Below, piece by piece: positions 24,855 through 32,000 of a stretch of 32,000 nucleotides of DNA. This stretch comes from Erysipelotrichaceae bacterium (GTDB lineage: Bacteria > Bacillota_I > Bacilli_A > Erysipelotrichales > Coprobacillaceae). The DNA is taken from positions 1-32,000 of the forward strand of contig JAQVDW010000017.1 in assembly GCA_028698185.1 (NCBI GenBank). Reading direction: 5' to 3'. A program made the translations under genes and the position numbers. How positions within the stretch are numbered: position 1 is the stretch's first letter; each line of letters opens with the position of its first letter. The notes below the pieces were generated by a model. The model did not search any database and had not been told where the DNA came from. It was given only the letters and a program-made list of their open reading frames with translations.

Positions 24855-26222
24855 ATGGATTTCAAATATTTCAATTTCAACGATGCCTGTAACCAGGTAA
24901 TCAAGGAACTTAATTTTCAAGAACCTACAAAAATTCAGGCCAAAGTAATCCCTTTGGTAAAGAAAGGGCGCGACATTATCGGGGTTTCCCAAACCGGAAC
25001 AGGTAAGACCCATGCGTTCCTGTTGCCGATCATGGACATGATCGATGTCGAGAACGAGTCAGTCCAGGCCGTTATCACGACACCGACCCGCGAACTGGCC
25101 CAACAGATCTACGACCATGCGCGTCTGTTTTCCAAATACGATAATAGGATCAGGGTATCGCTGGTGACCGGCGGGCTTGACAAGCAAAAGGCGGTCAGCA
25201 AGCTGGCAATCCAGCCCCATGTCGTCATCGGGACGCCGGGCCGGATCCGCGACTTGTCACTCAACGAGCAGGCTCTTTCAATCACTACCGCAAAGACCCT
25301 TGTAATCGATGAGGCCGACATGACAATGGAATTTGGCTATCTTGAAGACATCGATGCGGTTGCCGGAAAGATGCGTTCTGACCTGCATATGATGGTATTC
25401 TCGGCGACAATTCCACAAAACCTGCGTCCGTTTTTGAAGAAATACATGGACAGTCCGGTTATCGTGGAAATCGACGACCATCTTACGACCAGCGCGAATG
25501 TCCAGCATATCCTGCTTAACACGAAACACAAGGACCGTTTTGGCCTGCTTGAAGAAATCATGAAGGTGCTCGACCCTTATATGTGCATCATCTTCTGCAA
25601 CCGCCGCGAATCCGTTTCAGCTGTGGCAAAAGCCTTGCGTGAGGACGGCCACAAGGTCGGCGAGATTCATGGCGATCTCGAACCGCGTGAAAGAAAACAA
25701 ATGATGCGCCGGATCAAGAACATGGAATATCAGTACATTGTCGCAACCGACATCGCCGCAAGGGGTATTGACATCGATGGTGTTTCCCATGTCGTCAACC
25801 TGGAACTGCCTGAAGAAAGTGACTTCTACATCCATAGATCCGGACGTTGTGGAAGGGGCAAATACAAAGGTACCTGCATTTCCATGTATGACAGCACCGA
25901 TGAGGAAAACCTGGCCATTCTTGAGAGAAAAGGGATTGAATTCAAGAACCAGATCTTTAAAAACGGCCATTTTGTCGAAACCGGACTGCGCGAGAAACGC
26001 AAAAACCGTCCGAAACATCAGACCGAACTGGAGAAAAAGGTTCAGGCAATTGTCAAAAAACCTCAGAAGGTCAAACCAGGCTATAAGAAAAAACGGAAAT
26101 ATAAAGTTGAACAGCTGGTCCGCAAGGAAAAGCGCAACACAATCAAGCAGGATATCCGCCGCCAACGCAAGGAACGCTACAAACAAGCGCAACGAGACAA
26201 AAAAGCGGCTGAGGAAGAGTAA
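24855..26222 (+). CDS. cshB: DEAD-box ATP-dependent RNA helicase (CshB-like)
   Basis: A Q-motif region (FQEPTKIQ) is present, with motif I SQTGTGKTHAF, PTRELA, motif II VIDEADM and motif III SAT. ARGIDI, HRSGRCGR and a Lys/Arg-rich C-terminal tail are also present. The SD is AAAGGAGG. Confidence 0.9.
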   Translation: MDFKYFNFNDACNQVIKELNFQEPTKIQAKVIPLVKKGRDIIGVSQTGTGKTHAFLLPIMDMIDVENESVQAVITTPTRELAQQIYDHARLFSKYDNRIRVSLVTGGLDKQKAVSKLAIQPHVVIGTPGRIRDLSLNEQALSITTAKTLVIDEADMTMEFGYLEDIDAVAGKMRSDLHMMVFSATIPQNLRPFLKKYMDSPVIVEIDDHLTTSANVQHILLNTKHKDRFGLLEEIMKVLDPYMCIIFCNRRESVSAVAKALREDGHKVGEIHGDLEPRERKQMMRRIKNMEYQYIVATDIAARGIDIDGVSHVVNLELPEESDFYIHRSGRCGRGKYKGTCISMYDSTDEENLAILERKGIEFKNQIFKNGHFVETGLREKRKNRPKHQTELEKKVQAIVKKPQKVKPGYKKKRKYKVEQLVRKEKRNTIKQDIRRQRKERYKQAQRDKKAAEEE

Positions 26223-26224
26223 TC

Positions 26225-27106
26225 ATGATTATCGGATCGCATGTGAGTCTCAAGGCTCCGGACATGCTTCTAGGTTCCGTCAAGGAAGCTTTAAGCTACA
26301 ACTCCGACACTTTCATGTTCTATACGGGAGCACCCCAGAACACCAGACGCAAGGATATCAGTGAATTCAAAGTGGACCAGGCCAAAGAACTGATGGAGCG
26401 AAACGGTATCGACATCAACAATGTCATTGTCCACAGTCCCTACATAATCAACTTGGCAAACACCATCAAAAAGGAAACATACCAGCTCGCGGTCGACTTT
26501 TTGAAAATCGAAATCGACCGGTGCGAACAGATCGGGGCCAAGACGCTGGTTCTCCATCCCGGCAGCCATGTCCAAGCCGGCGATGAAGCGGGTCTGGATT
26601 CGATTGTGGCCGGATTGAACGAGGTTCTAAGCGATGACCAGGATGTAATAATCGCCCTGGAGACAATGGCCGGAAAGGGCAGCGAGCTTGGGCGGAACCT
26701 CAAGGAGTTAAAATACATCTATGACAATTGTCAATACAAACACCTTTTGGGGATATGTCTTGACACTTGCCATCTTCACGACAGCGGAGTGGACATCTCC
26801 AAGTTCGATGAGTTCCTTGACGAGTTCGACCGTGTTCTAGGCATCGACAAGATAAAATGTATCCATATCAACGATTCCAAAAACAAAATGGGCATGGCCA
26901 AGGACCGTCATGAGAATATCGGCTACGGCTATATCGGGTTTGAAAATCTGTACCGGGTTGTCACCAATCCCCGGATCAAACACATCCCGTTGATTCTCGA
27001 GACGCCTTATTGCAACAACAAGCCGCCGTACAAGAAAGAGATCGAAATGCTGCGCAGCGGCAAGTTCGAACACTGGCTTGAGGACAAGGAAATATTGGTG
27101 AAGTAA
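26225..27106 (+). CDS. nfo: Endonuclease IV (AP endonuclease)
   Basis: It has MIIGSHVS, VHSPYIINLA, LVLHPGSH, ALETMAGKGSELG, CLDTCHLHDSG, HINDSKN and LILETP. It starts 2 nt after the helicase gene, as in the Bacillus cshB-nfo pair. Confidence 0.92.
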   Translation: MIIGSHVSLKAPDMLLGSVKEALSYNSDTFMFYTGAPQNTRRKDISEFKVDQAKELMERNGIDINNVIVHSPYIINLANTIKKETYQLAVDFLKIEIDRCEQIGAKTLVLHPGSHVQAGDEAGLDSIVAGLNEVLSDDQDVIIALETMAGKGSELGRNLKELKYIYDNCQYKHLLGICLDTCHLHDSGVDISKFDEFLDEFDRVLGIDKIKCIHINDSKNKMGMAKDRHENIGYGYIGFENLYRVVTNPRIKHIPLILETPYCNNKPPYKKEIEMLRSGKFEHWLEDKEILVK

Positions 27107-27136
27107 AGGACAACCGCCTACTGGCGGTTGTCCTTT
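27105..27136. terminator. Bidirectional intrinsic terminator between the convergent nfo and ispG genes
   Basis: A perfect stem of at least 12 bp pairs AGGACAACCGCC (27107-27118) with GGCGGTTGTCCT (27123-27134). The loop is TACT, and A/T tracts flank both sides. The right arm encodes the last residues of IspG. Confidence 0.8.
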
Positions 27137-28185
27137 ATCATTTGGAGGATTTCCTTTTTAAGTTCCTCAACGAGTTTTTCCTGAGGGATCTTGCGGATGA
27201 TTTCACCTTTTTTAAACAGCAGGCCTTCATTGACTCCTCCGGCGATTCCGATGTCGGCCTCGCGGGCTTCACCGGGACCGTTGACGGCACAGCCCATGAT
27301 GGCTATGGTGATGTTGGCTTCCAGGTTGGAGATGAAATCCTCGATTTCCCGGGCGATCGGAATCAAATCGATCTGGGTCCGGCCACAGGTCGGACAGGAA
27401 ATCAGGGTCGGAACGCCTTCGATGAGCTGAAGCTCCTTCAAGATCGCCCGGGCAACCTTGATTTCTTCGACCGGATCTTCGCTAAGAGACACCCGGATGG
27501 TGTTGCCGATGCCCTGATAGAGGATTGTGCCGATTCCGATTGCTGACTTGATAGTCCCGCCAAAGGCAGTTCCGGCTTCGGTCACCCCGACATGGAGCGG
27601 ACATGAAAATGCCTGGCTGGCAAGTTCGTAAGCCTTGATGGTAAGCAGGGTGTTTGATGACTTGAGGGAGATGCAATAGTCATAGAAATCAAGCGATTCC
27701 AGTATGGCGACGTGCTTTTGGGCGGATTCGATCATCCCTTCAGGGGTCGGCCCACCATATTTCTGGAGGATTTCGCGCTCAACCGATCCGCTGTTGACAC
27801 CAATGCGGATTGGGATGTTTTTCTCCTTGCATTTTTCCACTACAGCCTTTACGTTTTCGATCGAACCGATATTTCCGGGATTGATCCGGACCTTGTCGAT
27901 TCCCGATTCGATGGCAATTAGAGCCAATTTGTAATCGAAGTGGATGTCGGCTACCAATGGCAGGTTGACCTGGTTTTTGATCTGTTTGATGGCGTAGGCA
28001 TCTTCCTGATTCAAGCAGGCCAGGCGCACGATCTGGCAGCCGGCCTTTTCCAGGGCGTTGATTTGGGCAACGGTGGCGGCGATATCGCTGGTCTTGGTGT
28101 TGGTCATTGACTGGATGATAACCTTGTCGTTGCCGCCGATGGTAATGTTGCCGACATTGATTGAGCGGGTATTATTTCTTTTCAT
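27118..28185 (-). CDS. ispG: 4-hydroxy-3-methylbut-2-en-1-yl diphosphate synthase (flavodoxin-type)
   Basis: I take the internal ATG at 28185 ([19 protein letters not shown]), with GGAG 8 nt upstream; the track ORF extends 28 codons into pepF. Motifs seen: [15 protein letters not shown] and GCAVNGPGE. Confidence 0.9.
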   Translation of the reverse strand: MKRNNTRSINVGNITIGGNDKVIIQSMTNTKTSDIAATVAQINALEKAGCQIVRLACLNQEDAYAIKQIKNQVNLPLVADIHFDYKLALIAIESGIDKVRINPGNIGSIENVKAVVEKCKEKNIPIRIGVNSGSVEREILQKYGGPTPEGMIESAQKHVAILESLDFYDYCISLKSSNTLLTIKAYELASQAFSCPLHVGVTEAGTAFGGTIKSAIGIGTILYQGIGNTIRVSLSEDPVEEIKVARAILKELQLIEGVPTLISCPTCGRTQIDLIPIAREIEDFISNLEANITIAIMGCAVNGPGEAREADIGIAGGVNEGLLFKKGEIIRKIPQEKLVEELKKEILQMIKDNRQ

Positions 28186-29950
28186 GCATAGTCTCCTTGA
28201 ATTGTTGTAGCAGGTTTTCAAAATAGCTAAAAGCGTCATTGTATATCCCATCATCCAACGGATCGACATGGGCGATCTTGAGCAGGTCGACTGGCGACAT
28301 CGAACCGCCCGACTTCAGGAATTCCAGATAGGAAGCAACCTGTCCCTTGTCGCCATCCAGGATTCTTTTGACGATTGCTAGAGCGACGGTCATGCCCAGG
28401 GTGTATTTGTAGACATAGAAGTTATAGTAGAAATGTGGGATATAGTAACAGGAATGACCGGTCAGGCCGTCGAGTTTGACTTCTTCGCCGAAGTATTCCT
28501 GTGAAAGCTTAGCGTACAGTTCGGTTATTGTCTTTGATGAAAGAGGTTCGTCGGCCGCGGCTTTCTGGTGGAGCAGGTATTCGAACTCGCCATACATCGG
28601 CTGGCGGAAAAGCAATCCCACGCAATTTTCCAGTTGTTCATAGATGAAGTAAGCCTTCTGTTCGGGTGTTTTCGCATTGGCGATCATGTGGTTGATCAAC
28701 AGGGTCTCATTGACCGTGGAAGCGACCTCGGCTACAAAAATGCGGTAAGAAGAGTTGATGTATTCCTGGTTGCTATTCGACAGGTAGCTGTGCACGCTGT
28801 GCCCTAGTTCGTGGATCAGGGTCGACAGGGAATTGTAGTCGTCGACATAATTCATAAGGATGAATGGTTTGGTCAAATAGCTGCCGCCCGAATAGGCTCC
28901 AGCCCGTTTTTTTTCATGGGGATAGAAGTCGATCCAGCGCTCATCCTTCGATTTTTCGATGATTTTTAGGTAGTCTTTCCCAAGTGGCGCCAGGGCGGTC
29001 TTGATGATCTCAAAAGCATCATCCACCTTGACCTTGTAATCGCTGGTGTTGACCAAGGGAATGTTCAAATCGTAATTACATAGCTCGTCAAGATCGAGAA
29101 GCTCTTTTTTCAGGCTGTTGTATTGGTGGAACAGCGGCCGGTATTTGACATTGGCCATTTCCAGGATCTTGAAAAACAGATCCTCGGGCACATCGTCATG
29201 GTAGACGGACGCCCCCAAGGGCGAATCGAATTTGCGGATTTTGGCGTAAATAGCATCCTTTTTCATGATGCCGGCCAATGTCGTCGCAAAAGTGTTCTCG
29301 AATTTCCGGTACTCCTGGAAAAAGTTGTGGTAAGCCTGCTTCCGGACGTTGCGGTCCTTGTTTTTAAGGAAGCGGGTCAGGGTGGCCGCATTCAAAAATT
29401 CCTTCTTGCCATTTATTTCGACAGGTTCATAATCGAAACGGATAGAATCGAAAACTTTTGAAGAAAGCGAGCTGATGGCATCGAACTGGGCAATCAGCTG
29501 TTCGTTTTCTTCGCTTAGAAGGTGCTCCTTGAATTTGATGATTTCTTTGATGGCATAACGGTAAGATGCAAATCTGTCCTCACTTAGATATCCGTTTATC
29601 GTTTCACTGGCCTCAATGATTTTCAGGTCGATAAAGTTAAGCTCGACATTACCCTGGTTGGCAAACGCCATGACTTTTGCCATCAGGCTCTGAAGTTCCT
29701 GGTTTTCGGGTTCGACATCGCAAGCGAGGTGGCAGTAAGTGTACAGTTTTTCTAGCAGTTTGGAATACTCGTCCTGGTTTTTTAAAAAGGCGTAGAAGTT
29801 ATCACTGTTGATTGTGAAACTGTCCTTGGCTTGTTTTAGATCTTCTTTGAGTCTTGATACTTTGTCGAAATCGGCGGTGAATGATTGGTTGTCGGGATAA
29901 ATTGTAGTCAAATCGAATGTGTATTGGATTGAAATGTCTTTTCTTTGCAT
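28172..29950 (-). CDS. pepF: Oligoendopeptidase F (M3B metallopeptidase)
   Basis: The zinc motif HELGHSVH and the downstream Glu context (FVAEVAS) are present. Length is 592 aa, and the SD AGGAGG lies upstream of the ATG at 29950. Confidence 0.88.
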   Translation of the reverse strand: MQRKDISIQYTFDLTTIYPDNQSFTADFDKVSRLKEDLKQAKDSFTINSDNFYAFLKNQDEYSKLLEKLYTYCHLACDVEPENQELQSLMAKVMAFANQGNVELNFIDLKIIEASETINGYLSEDRFASYRYAIKEIIKFKEHLLSEENEQLIAQFDAISSLSSKVFDSIRFDYEPVEINGKKEFLNAATLTRFLKNKDRNVRKQAYHNFFQEYRKFENTFATTLAGIMKKDAIYAKIRKFDSPLGASVYHDDVPEDLFFKILEMANVKYRPLFHQYNSLKKELLDLDELCNYDLNIPLVNTSDYKVKVDDAFEIIKTALAPLGKDYLKIIEKSKDERWIDFYPHEKKRAGAYSGGSYLTKPFILMNYVDDYNSLSTLIHELGHSVHSYLSNSNQEYINSSYRIFVAEVASTVNETLLINHMIANAKTPEQKAYFIYEQLENCVGLLFRQPMYGEFEYLLHQKAAADEPLSSKTITELYAKLSQEYFGEEVKLDGLTGHSCYYIPHFYYNFYVYKYTLGMTVALAIVKRILDGDKGQVASYLEFLKSGGSMSPVDLLKIAHVDPLDDGIYNDAFSYFENLLQQFKETMHEKK

Positions 29951-29962
29951 ATATCCTCCTAT

Positions 29963-29989
29963 AAAAAAAACTCTATCGATTAGATAGAG
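29963..29989 (-). terminator. Intrinsic terminator after rpsT (the stem includes the rpsT stop codon)
   Basis: On the minus strand, the stem CTCTATC/GATAGAG (29989-29983 / 29977-29971) is followed by 8 U (A-run 29963-29970). The pepF SD and ATG come immediately afterwards. Confidence 0.65.
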
Positions 29990-30240
29990 TTAACTAATTT
30001 TGCTAATCTAGATTTTTTTCTGCTAGCAGTATTTTTGTGGTTGATTCCTTTAGTTACAGATGCATCTAGTTTAGAAGCAGCTACGTTGAATGCAGCAACA
30101 GCTTCTTCTTTATTTCCAGCTTCAACAGCAGCGTTGACTTTTTTGATTGCTGTTTTTAATGAAGATTTAAATGAAGCGTTTCTTGCTCTTTTGATGTTAT
30201 CAGTTTTATAACGTTTAATTTGTTGTTTCATGTTTGCCAT
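29980..30240 (-). CDS. rpsT: 30S ribosomal protein S20
   Basis: The translation [35 protein letters not shown]... has typical S20 sequence and size (86 aa). The SD is GGAGGTG. Codon choice is A/T-ending, typical of highly expressed genes. Confidence 0.95.
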   Translation of the reverse strand: MANMKQQIKRYKTDNIKRARNASFKSSLKTAIKKVNAAVEAGNKEEAVAAFNVAASKLDASVTKGINHKNTASRKKSRLAKLVNSI

Positions 30241-30270
30241 TAGTATTCACCTCCGTTAATATGCCACTAT

Positions 30271-30299
30271 ATTATACTTAAAATATCGGATAAATGCAA
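30271..30299 (-). promoter_or_regulatory. Sigma-A promoter of rpsT
   Basis: On the minus strand: TTGCAT (30299-30294), a 17-nt spacer, then TATAAT (30276-30271). Confidence 0.55.
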
Positions 30300-30392
30300 A
30301 TACTATTTTATATTTTTTGGCCGGAATTGATTGTCTTGAAATAATCGGTTGATTTTGGCTTTTGGAGGACAATTCTGGTACGATTTCTTAAC

Positions 30393-30421
30393 TTGTTGTT
30401 ACATTGGGGATGTGATATAAT
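30393..30421 (+). promoter_or_regulatory. Sigma-A-type promoter of pspA
   Basis: TTGTTG (30393-30398), a 17-nt spacer ending in TGA (extended -10 TG), then TATAAT (30416-30421). Confidence 0.5.
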
Positions 30422-30460
30422 TCGTATATAATGATATTTCTATCCAAGGAGGAATTAACT

Positions 30461-31144
30461 ATGGGTATTTTAAAGAGATTTTCGGACATCATGTCGGCCA
30501 ATATCAACGCTCTACTCGATAAGGCTGAAGATCCTGAAAAAATGATTGATGAATATTTGCGTGACATGAGAAGTGACTATCAGCAAGTTAAAAGTGAGAC
30601 TGCGGTTGTTCTCGCCCAGGCGAAAAATGCGAGTCGCGAAGTTGTCGAATGCGAACAGGAAATCGCCAATCTAACCGAATATGCCAAAAAGGCGGTCAAG
30701 GATAATAATGACAGTGACGCCAAAATATTTTTGGCGAAAAAGGTCCAATCGCAAGCCAAATTGGAATCATTGAAAAAAGAAGCGGCCATTTTTGATCAGA
30801 ATGCGGCCAAAATGCGCCAGATGCATGACAAGCTTTTTGGCGACATCCAAATGCTTGAACAGAAACGGGAAATGCTTAAATCAAAATTGAAGATGGCTAA
30901 AACCCAGGAAAAAATGGCCGACATGGCCGGGAAGTATGCCGCTTCGACTTCGCTGGAATCTTTTGAAAGCATAGAAGACAGGATCAATCAGGAAGTCGCA
31001 AAAGCCGAAGCGCTCGCTGAATTATCTTCTTCCACTCAGGACAGTGATGTGGAAACATTGAAGGAAAAATATCAGGACACAAAAGTTGACCAGGATGTCG
31101 ATGATGAGTTGGCCGCTTTGAAAAAGGAAATGGGGATTCAATAA
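30461..31144 (+). CDS. pspA: PspA/IM30-family (phage shock protein A / LiaH-like) protein
   Basis: I take the ATG at 30461 after AAGGAGG (30446-30452); the track start at 30431 is upstream of the SD. The protein starts MGILKRFSDIMSANINALLDKAEDPEKMIDEYLRDM, the canonical PspA N-terminus. The rest is coiled-coil-like, rich in Lys, Glu and Ala. Confidence 0.9.
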   Translation: MGILKRFSDIMSANINALLDKAEDPEKMIDEYLRDMRSDYQQVKSETAVVLAQAKNASREVVECEQEIANLTEYAKKAVKDNNDSDAKIFLAKKVQSQAKLESLKKEAAIFDQNAAKMRQMHDKLFGDIQMLEQKREMLKSKLKMAKTQEKMADMAGKYAASTSLESFESIEDRINQEVAKAEALAELSSSTQDSDVETLKEKYQDTKVDQDVDDELAALKKEMGIQ

Positions 31145-32000
31145 TGGTTTTGTTCGCAAATCAATTTCAAAGCGTTGTAGAGTGGAATGAGACTCGGGAT
31201 GACGTGATCTTTTTCAAATGGCAAAACAATGAGCTGAAAAAAGACTCGCGGCTGATAATCCGTCCAGGACAGGATGCAATCTTCCTTTATAACGGCAGAA
31301 TTGAGGGGATCTTTGAGGACCCTGGTTCTTACGATATCGAATCACAGATCATCCCGTTTTTGACAACTCTCAAGTCGTTTAAATTCGGATTCAACACTCC
31401 GTTAAAAGCGGAAGTTGTATTCATCAATACCAAAGAGTTTCTGGTCAAATGGGGAACAAAAAACCCGGTCAACCTGAAACATCCCAAACTGGCAGGGGGC
31501 ATGCCGATCCGCTGTTTTGGGACTTTTGCCTTCAAAGTTTCCGATCGTGATGTCTTCATCGAAAAAATCGCCGGGATCCGTCAGACTTTCTTTGTCGATG
31601 ATGTCAAGGAACGGATGATATCGGCTTTGAATCCCTTACTGATGAGCTGGATTGCCAAAGAGGGACATGACATGTTCAATCTTCAAGCTGACGGGGATTC
31701 TATTTCCAAAGGTATCAAGGGCGACCTTGATTACGACCTCTTGAAAATCGGCTTGACCGTAACTGATTTCCGGATCGAAAGCTTTTCCTATCCTGAAGAG
31801 ATTGTCCGCATGCAAAACAAGGTGGCTGGCCAAGCGATGGTCGACGATGTCTTGAAGTATCAAAATGTCGCCCTGGCTGATTCTATGGAAAAAGGGACTG
31901 GCGATGGCATGGCCGCGAATATGGCACAGATGCAGATGGGATTCATGATGGGACAGGAAATGGTCAAACAGATGGAGCAACAAAAATCTGAGGGCAAAGC
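31144..32000 (+). CDS. ydjI: SPFH-domain protein, YdjI-like (3' end outside the window)
   Basis: This ORF is absent from the supplied track because it has no stop in the window. Its ATG at 31144 overlaps the pspA stop (TAATG), and the frame stays open to the window end. The translation begins MVLFANQFQSVVEWNETRDDVIFFKWQNNELKKDSRLIIRPGQDAIFLYNGRIEGIFEDPGSYDIESQIIPFLTTLKSFKFGFNTPLKAEVVFINTKEF. Further on it reads GGMPIRCFGTFAFKV...DMFNLQA. This closely resembles B. subtilis YdjI as I recall it. Confidence 0.8.
   Translation, partial: MVLFANQFQSVVEWNETRDDVIFFKWQNNELKKDSRLIIRPGQDAIFLYNGRIEGIFEDPGSYDIESQIIPFLTTLKSFKFGFNTPLKAEVVFINTKEFLVKWGTKNPVNLKHPKLAGGMPIRCFGTFAFKVSDRDVFIEKIAGIRQTFFVDDVKERMISALNPLLMSWIAKEGHDMFNLQADGDSISKGIKGDLDYDLLKIGLTVTDFRIESFSYPEEIVRMQNKVAGQAMVDDVLKYQNVALADSMEKGTGDGMAANMAQMQMGFMMGQEMVKQMEQQKSEGK

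Noticed and set aside
25738-26364. A 208-aa, extremely basic plus-strand ORF overlaps the 3' end of the helicase gene and the start of nfo.
   Set aside because: It is a +1 frame reading of the Lys/Arg-rich helicase tail (AAA/AAG/CGC-rich DNA). It has no SD and no recognisable domain, and it is fully explained by the two well-supported genes.
1-32000. CRISPR arrays, tandem repeats, long inverted repeats, prophage or defence-system genes.
   Set aside because: Reading through the window, I found no regularly spaced direct repeats and no genes with nuclease, helicase, methylase, RT or toxin signatures beyond the housekeeping ones listed. I cannot exclude short dispersed repeats without a computational self-comparison (dot plot or k-mer scan).

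Overview
The window reads as a mostly core chromosomal segment of a Bacillota (Firmicutes)-type genome using the standard genetic code. The lineage is only a guess. I support 29 protein genes, 2 tRNAs, and several intrinsic terminators and sigma-A-like promoters. From memory, much of the gene order matches the Bacillus subtilis yqf region: ybeY-cdd-era-recO, glyQS-dnaG-rpoD-trmK-nif3, ispH, cshB-nfo, ispG and rpsT. There is also a complete acetylase-branch diaminopimelate operon (dapF-dapH-deacetylase-aminotransferase), a YkpA-like ABC-F ATPase, an EF-G2-like paralogue and a pspA-ydjI envelope-stress pair. I see no CRISPR array, reverse transcriptase, restriction or toxin module, or other obvious defence island, so I cannot honestly name a clearly novel system. 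The parts that break the expected synteny, and so deserve a second look, are these. (1) An AT-rich ISL3 / ECF sigma / anti-sigma patch lies next to tRNA-Glu and tRNA-Trp. (2) An orphan C39-peptidase ABC exporter (PCAT) sits directly upstream of ybeY. It has an intact protease triad, a degenerate LSGGQ signature, no visible substrate gene and a hairpin that sequesters its Shine-Dalgarno. (3) A YgiQ radical-SAM gene is translationally coupled to an alpha/beta-hydrolase-fold gene whose nucleophile serine is replaced by glutamine; the pair lies between recO and glyQS. (4) The EF-G2-like GTPase has a non-canonical G4 motif. (5) glyQS has a short leader with a terminator-like hairpin and no T-box. 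All homology statements rest on motif recognition by eye. No searches or computations were run.
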